Assembly: GCA_018303655.1 (NCBI GenBank)
Contig: JAGVXT010000012.1
Location: 17,996-81,995, forward strand
Source of the DNA: Candidatus Woesearchaeota archaeon
GTDB taxonomy: Archaea; Nanobdellota; Nanobdellia; Woesearchaeales; GW2011-AR4
DNA: 64,000 nucleotides
Direction of reading: 5' to 3'
The notes beneath the pieces were generated by a model. That model ran no database searches. It was not told where the DNA came from and saw only the letters and a program-made list of their open reading frames with translations. The translations under genes were made by a program, and so were the position numbers. Each line of letters begins with the position of its first letter. Within the stretch, counting starts at the first letter, position 1. Shown piece after piece: positions 10,411-20,721 of this stretch.

Positions 10411-10768
10411 ATTTTTGCTTTAATTGTTTATACAATTTTATAATAAGTGATGATAGTATGTAAAGGATTGCTAAATCCAAAATTAAATTCATTATCCTAA
10501 TCTTATAATTCGAATCACAAGTAATGACGTCACCAGCTTCTACAGCATTTGCACACCCAAAATAAAGAAAAGGCAATGGCAATCCTGATTCATAAAAATA
10601 TGTGTCATCTCCTTGTTTAAGTAAAGGAAAAGTACCATATGGGGTAAAATACCCCCAGATAAAAGATAATATCCCAAGTACAATAAACAATATTATTTTA
10701 CCTTTACTAGGTCTAAAAAAAGCTTTTACCTTCCCCATAAAATCATTATTTTTCCTTTCCATCCTCAT
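10397..10768 (-). CDS. small membrane protein
   Basis: 123 aa with two hydrophobic segments. Its start and stop overlap both neighbours, consistent with one operon. Confidence 0.5.
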   Translation of the reverse strand: MRMERKNNDFMGKVKAFFRPSKGKIILFIVLGILSFIWGYFTPYGTFPLLKQGDDTYFYESGLPLPFLYFGCANAVEAGDVITCDSNYKIRIMNLILDLAILYILSSLIIKLYKQLKQKYETA

Positions 10769-12801
10769 CCCACACTCACCTCCGCTATAATACTGCTAGT
10801 CCCAACGGTACTTGGATTAAAGCTAAAATCAAAAGTTTGATTTTTAGAAACATTAATCAATTTAGTTGCACTATCTCCTGGGTAAACACTTAATAAATTA
10901 CCATCTAAAGTAGCATTTACTATTGCATTTGCATTTAAAGGTCCTTTATTCTTAACAACAACTCTTACAATGCCGGATTTGTCCTTAACCATATCGACAT
11001 CTTTAACCACTTGAATTGGGATTATCTCTAAAATTTCAAGGTCTGTAGAATTTGCAGGCGTTAAATTGGATTCATACCAGTTTATTGAATTATCATTGAA
11101 ACATGCACTTAATGCATCAACATCATTATCTTTATCTATATCTATTGCATAGACCGATTTTGCATTATTACAGTTAGTGCTTATATTATGTACTGTCCAG
11201 CCCGGTAGAGAAGATCCATTGTTCTCGTACCAAGCTATTCTACCATCAGCTCCAGAAGCACTCAAGACATCAATGTCATTATCGTTATCTATGTCTTTGG
11301 CAAAAACGGCAAATGCCCCAGCAGCAGAAGTAGTTATATTACGAGCAGTCCATGAAGGAGGAGATGAGCCATTATTCTCGTACCATGTTATTTTATTGTC
11401 AAGGCTAGACGCACTTAAAACGTCAATATCGTTGTCCTTGTCTATATCTATTGCGTAGACTGACCTTGCTGAATCAGCAGAAGTAGTTATAATCCGAGCA
11501 GTCCAATTTGGAGGGATGCTACCCTTATTCTCGTACCACGCTATTTTGTCATCAACAGATGAAGCACTCAATACATCAGTGTCATTATCTTTATCGATAT
11601 CTATTGCAAAGACAGATCGAGCATTTATGGCAGATGTGTTTATGGTATGGGTAGTCCAATTTGGAGGATAACTGCCATTGTTTTCATACCAAGCTATTTT
11701 ATTGTCATTGACAGAAGCACTTAATACATCTATATCCTTATCACTGTCTATGTCTATTGCAAATACTGAAAATGCGAAGTTAGTAGTTGTAGCTATAGTA
11801 TGTTTAGTCCAACCTGGAGGTGAGCTTCCATTATTTGCGTACCACTTTATTCCACCAGAATCTGAGGCACTTACTACATCTATATCGCTATCGTTATCAA
11901 CATCAATTCCATAAACTGACCTAGGACCAGCAGCAACAGTGTCTATAGCACGTCTTATCCAACCCGGGGGTGTGCTGCCATTGTTTGCATACCACATTAT
12001 TTCATTATTAAAATTTGCTGCGCTGACTACATCTATATCACTATCTTTGTCTATATCAATAGCAAAAACTGAATGCGCACCATTATCTAATGTGGTTATG
12101 GTACGGGTCGTCCAACCAATCACAGGATATACTATAAATTCACTTAAACCTCTAATATCTTGGCTTATTTCTAGATTAATATAATCTTTATTATTCAAAG
12201 AATATACAGAAACAGTATAATTCAAATCAATAACATCTTTAAAATCATAATAATTGTTTCCAAAAGTCAATGTATGTCCAGTTAAAGAGGTTTCATTAAA
12301 ACCAGGAAATATTTCTTCTTTAACTTCAAAAGCTTTAAAATAAATATGCCCATTACTAATAGTATATTTTGTGCCGTTCCAAATAATGAAATCAGAATCT
12401 ATCTCATATAGAATATTTAATTTTATATTCTTTTTCGTGTTTAATAAATTCCTAAGAATATAAGTTTGCTTTACTGGTTTTTCATCAACATTAAAAAAAC
12501 TTGTATCAATTTCTTCGTAAACACTCTCGATTTCTGTGTTTTGCGATTTAAACTTGTTTCTTATCTTTTTACCAGAAAAAGGAAGAGTTTCTTTATCAAA
12601 TGCTTCAACAGCAATATTATCATAGTCAATACTAAATCCAATCTGCTTAAACCCTTTTAGATGATTAAATTTATCAACAGCCACTATATCACTAATAATT
12701 GTTTTTGATTTATTATCGTTTAAATCAACAGCACCAACAAATAAAGATAGAATAATCCCTATAAAAATCATAAAAAGAAGATTTACTTTATTCAAATTCA
12801 A
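10765..12801 (-). CDS. secreted FG-GAP/VCBS-type seven-repeat (beta-propeller) protein
   Basis: 678 aa with a signal-like N-terminus. It has seven ~57-aa repeats of the form SVFAIDIDKDNDIDVLSAS...I.WYENNGS.PP.WT, with Ca-binding-like DxDxDxD. Confidence 0.7.
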   Translation of the reverse strand: MNLNKVNLLFMIFIGIILSLFVGAVDLNDNKSKTIISDIVAVDKFNHLKGFKQIGFSIDYDNIAVEAFDKETLPFSGKKIRNKFKSQNTEIESVYEEIDTSFFNVDEKPVKQTYILRNLLNTKKNIKLNILYEIDSDFIIWNGTKYTISNGHIYFKAFEVKEEIFPGFNETSLTGHTLTFGNNYYDFKDVIDLNYTVSVYSLNNKDYINLEISQDIRGLSEFIVYPVIGWTTRTITTLDNGAHSVFAIDIDKDSDIDVVSAANFNNEIMWYANNGSTPPGWIRRAIDTVAAGPRSVYGIDVDNDSDIDVVSASDSGGIKWYANNGSSPPGWTKHTIATTTNFAFSVFAIDIDSDKDIDVLSASVNDNKIAWYENNGSYPPNWTTHTINTSAINARSVFAIDIDKDNDTDVLSASSVDDKIAWYENKGSIPPNWTARIITTSADSARSVYAIDIDKDNDIDVLSASSLDNKITWYENNGSSPPSWTARNITTSAAGAFAVFAKDIDNDNDIDVLSASGADGRIAWYENNGSSLPGWTVHNISTNCNNAKSVYAIDIDKDNDVDALSACFNDNSINWYESNLTPANSTDLEILEIIPIQVVKDVDMVKDKSGIVRVVVKNKGPLNANAIVNATLDGNLLSVYPGDSATKLINVSKNQTFDFSFNPSTVGTSSIIAEVSVG
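11076..12081 (-). repeat. seven tandem ~171-nt coding repeats (propeller blades)
   Basis: The periodicity is visible in the translated repeats of ORF 10765..12801 and in the antisense ORFs that mirror it. Confidence 0.7.
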
Positions 12802-12967
12802 ACTTCCACCCCTTTATTATAAATTGTAAACTGCAACTGCTATTTATACCTTTCTTTTTGTCGTCAGCAAATTCAACATGACTTACACTATTAAAATGAT
12901 TCTTTGTCTTATCTTTGCACAAATTGAGAATACCCAGCCATGTTACGCTGTTTGTTACTTTATGTCA

Positions 12968-13216
12968 AAAACCACCCATCAGTCGAATGCGAGTGAGCAA
13001 ATCATTCGCTCACAATTCACTGGGTGGCATGTTTAGGTGCTATCCCATTCAGATGGTTTTGGACATCACAAAAACCATAGGTTTTTGGAATCCCGAAAAT
13101 CTGTGATTTTCGCGACTACAAAATTCCACTTATTAATGGATGATTTTTGAGCACATCCAAATTCCATGCAATATGCTTGTAACACATAAACCACTTATGA
13201 AACATAAGTGGAATTT
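12968..13216. other. hairpin-dense intergenic island (candidate structured ncRNA)
   Basis: Hairpins seen: CCACCCA...TGGGTGG enclosing GTGAGC..GCTCAC; ATGGTTTTG..CAAAAACCAT; CAAAAACCATAGGTTTTTG; CGAAAATCtgtGATTTTCG; CCACTTATgaaacATAAGTGG, plus a distal AATTCCACTTAT partner. Confidence 0.4.
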
Positions 13217-13254
13217 TGATGTTTGAAAAATCTTTCACTCAAAAATAAAGAAAA

Positions 13255-14256
13255 TCACTCATAACAAAGCACAGTCCTTGCCACATTCCTGATTTCGACT
13301 GCTGTTGCCTTCAGGTTTTCAATGATTTTTGCAACTGCAACAAGATTTGAGATTGTACCCTTGTTTTTAAGATTAACATGCGTGTTGGTGTACTTCTCAA
13401 GGAACTTGCTGCATGCAGCTGTCCTGTCCTTGTTTGTCACTTCTGCATTAAAGGCTATCTGCTTGTCTTTGTTGTAATAAGACTTCATTACACCGTTATA
13501 AGATTCTGCTATGTCGGTGTGTATCCTGTCAATCTCTGCAAGCGTGCTCCTGTCAAGGCTGGCTGCGCATATGTACCTTGCAATCCTTTTCTGCCTGTCG
13601 GCAATCTTCTCAATGCTTAAAATCATAAGCTCATCAGAGTGCAGCTGCCATGGCCCTATCCCAAGCGATTTAGCAATTCTTGGATTCATAATCGCATTTT
13701 TAATGACCCTGTAGCCAAGGAAATAAAGCCTGTTTACATCAAAATCCCTATTGTGTATGCTTTCATAGTTGCAATTGCCCCTGCAGCATAATATTGCGTC
13801 TTCCATCATTGCCCTTGTTATTATGTCCATCCTTCTTATTATGTTGCTGATGGATATGTCATTGATATTGATAAGGTTTTTAGCCACAATTCTTGTTGAT
13901 GTCTGCTCCATTATCTCCAATCCGGAAAGGTTTCTTATGACATCCTTTATCTTCGGGGCTTCCTTGCTGTTGCTGTCAAACAAGATGTTTATTGTATCAT
14001 AGCCGTTTAAATAAGAAGATGCAATTTCCGCTTTCAGCATTTCAATATCCTTGTTTCTGGAATCAATGTCTATGTCTTTGAACCCGGGCTTTTTTTCCTG
14101 CTGGTTTGCGCTCAGGGTTAATTCAAATCCATCATCATTTACAGAAATCAAATCCCCTTTTTTCAGATTGTTTTTTTCAACCCAGCTTTTTGGCATTGAC
14201 AGTATGAAAGAGCCCTTGCCAAAGCTTATCAGTTTTCTGACATCGATATTAACCAC
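13255..14256 (-). CDS. PhoU-domain regulator with an N-terminal AbrB/SpoVT-like domain
   Basis: 333 aa. The N-terminus (FGKGSFILSMPKSWVEKNNLKKGDLISV) is AbrB-like. It is followed by two PhoU-like helical repeats. Confidence 0.7.
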   Translation of the reverse strand: MVNIDVRKLISFGKGSFILSMPKSWVEKNNLKKGDLISVNDDGFELTLSANQQEKKPGFKDIDIDSRNKDIEMLKAEIASSYLNGYDTINILFDSNSKEAPKIKDVIRNLSGLEIMEQTSTRIVAKNLININDISISNIIRRMDIITRAMMEDAILCCRGNCNYESIHNRDFDVNRLYFLGYRVIKNAIMNPRIAKSLGIGPWQLHSDELMILSIEKIADRQKRIARYICAASLDRSTLAEIDRIHTDIAESYNGVMKSYYNKDKQIAFNAEVTNKDRTAACSKFLEKYTNTHVNLKNKGTISNLVAVAKIIENLKATAVEIRNVARTVLCYE

Positions 14257-14441
14257 CCCTTTATGTTAATTTATTTTGCTTATGTAACTTTAAGGCTTAT
14301 ATAAGGATTATTATTGGAAATTATAGATATTGTAGAATATATTGCAATATATAGATGTGTTCTTTTTTATATAGCATATATGTTATATAGGTTAATTATT
14401 TATATAAAAACCCAACATTTGCTTGTTAGCGGGGCGATAAT

Positions 14442-14588
14442 ATGCTGAAAAAAAAGCGATACAGTGATGGGGAAAGCGATGAAGACAATGACATCTATTC
14501 GAAAGATGCCAGAGAATTATTGCTTGATGACGATGAATTATCCCCAATGGAAGAGGCATTCATGAATGGGTATGGGGATGTTGCATAA
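14442..14588 (+). CDS. small acidic protein (48 aa)
   Basis: Manual translation gives MLKKKRYSDGESDEDNDIYSKDARELLLDDDELSPMEEAFMNGYGDVA. It is below the ORF-track cutoff. Confidence 0.3.
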   Translation: MLKKKRYSDGESDEDNDIYSKDARELLLDDDELSPMEEAFMNGYGDVA

Positions 14589-14602
14589 ACAAAAGGTGCA
14601 AA

Positions 14603-14743
14603 ATGGCAAGATATATCTGCATTAATTGCGGAACTTATATTATGAAAAGCGCGATAAGCGACCCTTACATGTGCAGGGACTGCGAGAAGCTGCTTGAAGG
14701 CGCTGAAGACAGGGAAAGGTACACCTATCTTGACAATTATTAA
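14603..14743 (+). CDS. small zinc-ribbon protein (46 aa)
   Basis: Manual translation gives MARYICINCGTYIM...YMCRDCEKLL, with CxxC...CxxC. Confidence 0.4.
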   Translation: MARYICINCGTYIMKSAISDPYMCRDCEKLLEGAEDRERYTYLDNY

Positions 14744-14749
14744 GGAAAA

Positions 14750-15049
14750 ATGAAATTATACCGGCAGTTTGACCTGAACCTTAATGCATTGAATGTAGGT
14801 GCTTTTAGAGACATAAATATGCCTAAAGCAATAAATGAAATCCCAGCCTTGGTTGAAAAATTAATCAAAGACCTTCTTAAGGACGGGTACATTGTGATTG
14901 AGTCATCTGCTCACCATATGGGAATCCCAAGAAGCATAACTGTTGTCAGGGATTTCACAGGCCCTTTTGCCACAAAGTTTTCCGCAAAAATACAGCATGA
15001 TTTTAATACCCTTTCCAATAGGATAGGAGTTGAGAGATTGTTTGAGTAA
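14750..15049 (+). CDS. hypothetical protein
   Basis: 99-aa ORF following the two small ORFs. Confidence 0.45.
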   Translation: MKLYRQFDLNLNALNVGAFRDINMPKAINEIPALVEKLIKDLLKDGYIVIESSAHHMGIPRSITVVRDFTGPFATKFSAKIQHDFNTLSNRIGVERLFE

Positions 15050-15306
15050 TCGACGTGTCTAAAAACCTAAAATACTGCCATTTTAAGCCTTAAAAAGCCA
15101 TTCTAGGAACGAAAGGTTTATATAGTTAAGTGTTCTAAAAACTACAGAAACAAGGGCTGATTTATCGACTATAAAATTGTGGTTTTTAATATTTTTATAT
15201 AATGAATGAGTAGGCATAAAACTAGCAAAGTTTTTGAGTTGTTTTTAAAAATATAAAATTAAGTATTGCGCTGTGAAAGAGAAAAATACATTCAATTTAA
15301 CATTAA

Positions 15307-17302
<1,996 letters not shown>

Positions 17303-17420
17303 GGGATTTATGAACTCTTTATATAAATTTTCAATCCGCCCCTTCGGGGCAATAGTTAGTGCTCGGCTTCCGCTTCCATTCAATCGCTCCAGCCTCGCTT
17401 ATTGATTCAATAAAAATATC

Positions 17421-17466
17421 AAAAGCGGTTTACTTTCTGCACTTTGCAGCCAAAAGTCGCTCTCGT
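17421..17466 (+). repeat. bipartite dispersed element, copy 1
   Basis: AAAAGCGGTTTACTT-tctgcactttgcagcc-AAAAGTCGCTCTCGT followed by a T-rich run. It lies downstream of a GC-rich island (17335-17400). Confidence 0.7.
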
Positions 17467-17530
17467 TTTATTGATATTTTATTAATTGTTGTTTTATAAT
17501 TTGAATGATTTTTTAATTACTGAAACATAA

Positions 17531-17541
17531 ACCTTTATAAA
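17531..17541 (+). promoter_or_regulatory. TATA box (ACCTTTATAAA) upstream of rps3ae
   Basis: TTTATAAA ends 30 nt upstream of ATG 17572. The same aacctttata/aa word precedes several genes in the window. Confidence 0.45.
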
Positions 17542-17571
17542 GCATAATATTTTCCATAAACTCAATTTAAA

Positions 17572-18195
17572 ATGGCACAAGAACAGGTTGCAAAATTAAA
17601 GAAAAAGCAGTGGTTTCCCATCATTGCGCCAAAGCAGTTTGAAAATGCGGTCATAGGGGAAACTTTAGTTTACTCTCCAAGCCAGATGCTCGGCAAGACA
17701 TTAAGCCACAGCCTGATGAACCTCACAAACGACATGAAGAGGCAGAATATCAGCATTCATTTCAAGGTTGTTGAGGTTGAGGACAACAAGGCAAAGACAA
17801 GCATCATAGGCTACCAAATAACACCTTCTTCAATCAAGAGATTTGTAAGGAGAAACAGCGAGAAGATGGACAATGCCTTCACCTGCGAAACTGCTGATAA
17901 TGTTTTCTTGAAAGTCAAGCCGCTGATTATCACAAGAGGAGATGTAAAGGGCTCGGTTGCAGCAAAGATGCGAAACAATATCACAAGCTTTCTTGCCAAG
18001 ACCATCAAAAAAATGACATATGACGAGATTATCAATGACCTTATAACCCACAAACTGCAGTCCTTAATGAGAGAAAGCCTGAATAAGATTTATCCATTAA
18101 AAGTGTGCGAAATAAGGTACCTTGGCATCGAGGCAAGGGAAAATCCGCAGGAAGCCAAAGCTGAAGCCAAGGAAGAGCAGAAGCAAAACTTATAA
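17572..18195 (+). CDS. rps3ae: 30S ribosomal protein S3Ae (eS1)
   Basis: 207 aa. KKKQWFPIIAPKQF..IGETL and the overall layout are typical of eS1. Confidence 0.85.
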   Translation: MAQEQVAKLKKKQWFPIIAPKQFENAVIGETLVYSPSQMLGKTLSHSLMNLTNDMKRQNISIHFKVVEVEDNKAKTSIIGYQITPSSIKRFVRRNSEKMDNAFTCETADNVFLKVKPLIITRGDVKGSVAAKMRNNITSFLAKTIKKMTYDEIINDLITHKLQSLMRESLNKIYPLKVCEIRYLGIEARENPQEAKAEAKEEQKQNL

Positions 18196-18221
18196 AACAA
18201 AGCTTGTTCTTTTTTGTTTAC

Positions 18222-18310
18222 AGCCCCGTAGTCTAGCGGTCAAGGATAGGGCCCTCTGGAGTTTTTAACATAGAAAGGCTCTGACGGCAGTTCGAATCTG
18301 CCCGGGGCTA
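18222..18310 (+). tRNA. tRNA-Gln(CUG) with a 16-nt canonical intron
   Basis: Manual cloverleaf: acceptor AGCCCCG/CGGGGCT, anticodon stem GGGCC/GGCTC, loop CTCTGG|A, T-arm GGCAG-TTCGAAT-CTGCC. Anticodon at 18256-18258. Intron about 18260-18275. Confidence 0.8.
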
Positions 18311-18348
18311 TACAAATATTTTTAAATAAATCAGTCTTCAATTAGGGT

Positions 18349-18726
18349 ATGGAAGTTTCAACAACACCTCAAGCTTCGGATATTTCTCACCTAGCTACTG
18401 CACCAACACATATGTTTTATAGAGCCACAACTAATGATGAATATAGCCAATATAAAAAAAATGGATTTGTGCCACCTTTTAAAAATTGGGCTGGACATCC
18501 AATTGACGGGATTGGTTTTAGGATACTCAATAGATTAAAACACTGGGTTTTATATGGTGACTTGCTTTTTGGAGATTATAGGGTATTATTAAAAACACAA
18601 GGTTCATTGGAAGAATTTAGAGAAGATGGGATCGAAGCAGGAGTCTATCAAAATAGGGTGCCAATTTCTATTGATAGAATTGTTGAAGAGATTGTGATTA
18701 CTAAAGATGATAAATTACCTTTATAA
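18349..18726 (+). CDS. hypothetical protein
   Basis: 125-aa ORF. No motif recognised. Confidence 0.4.
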   Translation: MEVSTTPQASDISHLATAPTHMFYRATTNDEYSQYKKNGFVPPFKNWAGHPIDGIGFRILNRLKHWVLYGDLLFGDYRVLLKTQGSLEEFREDGIEAGVYQNRVPISIDRIVEEIVITKDDKLPL

Positions 18727-18752
18727 ATAAATTGATTTTTCTATTATTCATG

Positions 18753-19361
18753 TTGAAGAAACTAATCGCGCAGGGAGCTGAAGCGAAGTTATTTCTTGAA
18801 GACAATAAAGTAATTAAAAACCGCTTTAAAAAATCATACAGAATCAAGGAGATAGACGACAGGCTAAGAAACTTCAGGACAAGAAGAGAGGCAAAAATTC
18901 TGCAAAAACTGCAGGCGATAGGATTTCCGGCCCCAAAACTAATAAGAAATGATGAAAAGGAAAATTTAGTGATTGAAAATATTGGCGGAAAGCTGATAAA
19001 AGATATCCTTGAAAAAAATAACTGTAAAAAATTGTGCAGCGAAATCGGCACAAAAATTGCAATTCTTCACAACAACATAATCATTCACGGCGATTTGACA
19101 ACGTCAAACATGATTTTAAACAAACAAATATACTTTATAGACTTTGGACTGTCATTTTTTTCAGAAAAGGCAGAGGACAAGGCAGTGGACCTGCATCTGC
19201 TAAAGGAAGGGCTTGAGTCAAAGCACTACAAAATATGGGAAGGCTGCTTCAAATGCGCGCTTGATGCTTACAGAAAAGAAGCAAATAAAAGCAGTGAAAC
19301 CTTAAAAAGATTGGAGATTGTTGAAAAAAGGGGAAGATATCGTGCGAGGAAGGGAAGCTAA
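18753..19361 (+). CDS. bud32: Bud32/PRPK-type KEOPS kinase
   Basis: Carries GAEAKLF, RTRREAKIL, HGDLTTSNMIL, IDFGLS and a C-terminal RGRY. The start is probably MLKKLIAQ at 18753 (ORF track gives 18732). Confidence 0.8.
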   Translation: MKKLIAQGAEAKLFLEDNKVIKNRFKKSYRIKEIDDRLRNFRTRREAKILQKLQAIGFPAPKLIRNDEKENLVIENIGGKLIKDILEKNNCKKLCSEIGTKIAILHNNIIIHGDLTTSNMILNKQIYFIDFGLSFFSEKAEDKAVDLHLLKEGLESKHYKIWEGCFKCALDAYRKEANKSSETLKRLEIVEKRGRYRARKGS

Positions 19362-19363
19362 CC

Positions 19364-19377
19364 GAAAGATTTATATA
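19364..19377 (+). promoter_or_regulatory. BRE/TATA (GAAAGATTTATATA) for vapBC
   Basis: The TATA ends 23 nt before ATG 19401, which fits a leaderless transcript. Confidence 0.5.
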
Positions 19378-19400
19378 TGTTTAAACATAAACATATGTTT

Positions 19401-19661
19401 ATGGTTGTGAAAACAATAACTGTGACAAAAAAAGCGTATGAGGCTTTGGCTAGTGAAAAAAAGCCTAACGAGAGCTTTACAGAGGTAATCCTAAGAACGC
19501 ATAAGAAGAAAGGAAATGTTGAAGATATTATGGAGTTTGCAGGCGCATGGAGTGACATGAGTGAGGAAGAGGCAAATAAGCTTCATAAGCACATACAGGA
19601 CATGAGAAAAAGAGCTGGAAAGCAAAGACGAAAAGAACTAATGGGGCATTTATCATCATGA
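19401..19661 (+). CDS. vapB: VapB-type antitoxin (archaeal family)
   Basis: MVVKTITVTKKAYEALASEKKPNESFTEVI is typical of archaeal antitoxins paired with PIN toxins. The stop overlaps the vapC start (ATGA). Confidence 0.65.
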   Translation: MVVKTITVTKKAYEALASEKKPNESFTEVILRTHKKKGNVEDIMEFAGAWSDMSEEEANKLHKHIQDMRKRAGKQRRKELMGHLSS

Positions 19662-20056
19662 TTTGCCTAGACTCTAGTTTAATGGTAGATTTTCTTAGGA
19701 ATAAAGGGAATGCAATAGCCCGTATTAGAAGTTTGGAGAACGAAAATATTGTGACAACAATAATAAATGTTTATGAATTAGAGTCTGGAATTTGGGCTAT
19801 GAAAAATGCGAATTATCAAGTCCGTATAGAAAACTTGAGCAAACTCCTTTCCAGGATAGGGTTGCTGCAGTTAGAATCTGAATCGGTCAACAAGTCCGCA
19901 AGGATTTTTGGAGAATTGGGCAGGGAAGGGAAAGTTATAGAGGACATGGATATATTGATTGGAGGCATATGCTTAGTTAATGGATGCAATAAGATAATAA
20001 CGAAAAACGTAAAGCATTTCTCACGAATTAAAGGCTTAAAAGTTGAAACTTATTAG
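19658..20056 (+). CDS. vapC: PIN-domain toxin VapC
   Basis: 132 aa. It has the N-terminal LDSS acidic motif, the right size and coupling to the antitoxin. Confidence 0.7.
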   Translation: MICLDSSLMVDFLRNKGNAIARIRSLENENIVTTIINVYELESGIWAMKNANYQVRIENLSKLLSRIGLLQLESESVNKSARIFGELGREGKVIEDMDILIGGICLVNGCNKIITKNVKHFSRIKGLKVETY

Positions 20057-20275
20057 TAGTAACAGAAAGATTTATATACTAGCTATGCTTTCTAATTGTT
20101 ATGAAACGAGTTGATTGTCTTCATATTGAGTAAAAATAATTCTTGTTTAAATAGTTTCAACTCTAAAAATTCAAAATCAATTTTGAAAATTTATATTGGT
20201 ACTGTAACTTCTGTACATCATCATTGATTTCTTTATTTTTAAAAATTAGTTATAAGACTAAACTACAAATCAAAA

Positions 20276-20302
20276 ACCAGTCGGCGGGCTTAAAGCGCGG
20301 AG
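20276..20302 (+). repeat. conserved leader motif, copy 1 (CGGCGGGCTTAAAGCGCGGAG)
   Basis: Identical 21-nt core to 20728-20748. It ends in a GGAG Shine-Dalgarno 11 nt before ATG 20314. Confidence 0.6.
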
Positions 20303-20313
20303 TAATGGTTAAA

Positions 20314-20634
20314 ATGTCGTACCAAGATGAAAAATTAGAGGCAATTAGCAGAGCTAGAAAAAAATACAATGCTTTGATGGGAGTTTTGCGAAGAGGAGGT
20401 AACCCAGCTATACCGAATGAATTAGCGATAGCCATAGCGGATTACGAGAAATTAGGAGCAGTCCGTAATAGTTATGATTTTGAAACGGCTTTAAAGAGAA
20501 ATTGGAGACAGATAAACATTCCATCCGAATTGAAGCCGAAACTCGAACGAATTGCTATGGAAGATGGTCCTCGATTTTTCCTTGAAGATGAAAGACCGTA
20601 TTGGGAAAGATGGAAGCAGGAGTTAGAACAATAA
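20314..20634 (+). CDS. hypothetical protein
   Basis: ORF track gives 20224..20634. I prefer MSYQDEK at 20314 because of the upstream GGAG. No motif recognised. Confidence 0.45.
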   Translation: MSYQDEKLEAISRARKKYNALMGVLRRGGNPAIPNELAIAIADYEKLGAVRNSYDFETALKRNWRQINIPSELKPKLERIAMEDGPRFFLEDERPYWERWKQELEQ

Positions 20635-20642
20635 AAAAATTT

Positions 20643-20714
20643 GGCAGCAGTATTTCAACGGCAGAATAGACGACTGTGGCTCGTCTGATAGGAGTTCAAT
20701 TCCCCTCTGCTGCC
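20643..20714 (+). tRNA. tRNA-His(GUG) with encoded G-1, no intron
   Basis: G-1 pairs with C73. Acceptor GCAGCAG/CTGCTGC, anticodon arm GACGA-CTGTGGC-TCGTC (anticodon 20676-20678), T-arm AGGAG-TTCAATT-CCCCT with one A-C mismatch. Confidence 0.75.
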
Positions 20715-20721
20715 CTAATAA

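Noticed and set aside
11076-12081. Regular ~171-nt periodic repeats that could look like a repeat array or CRISPR.
   Set aside because: The repeats are long, have no spacers and translate into the seven propeller blades of ORF 10765..12801. I found no CRISPR-like short repeat-spacer array anywhere in the window.
12915-13106. A 63-aa plus-strand ORF in the 12.8-13.25 kb spacer.
   Set aside because: It lies entirely within stacked hairpins and has no start context. The region is more likely structured RNA or DNA.
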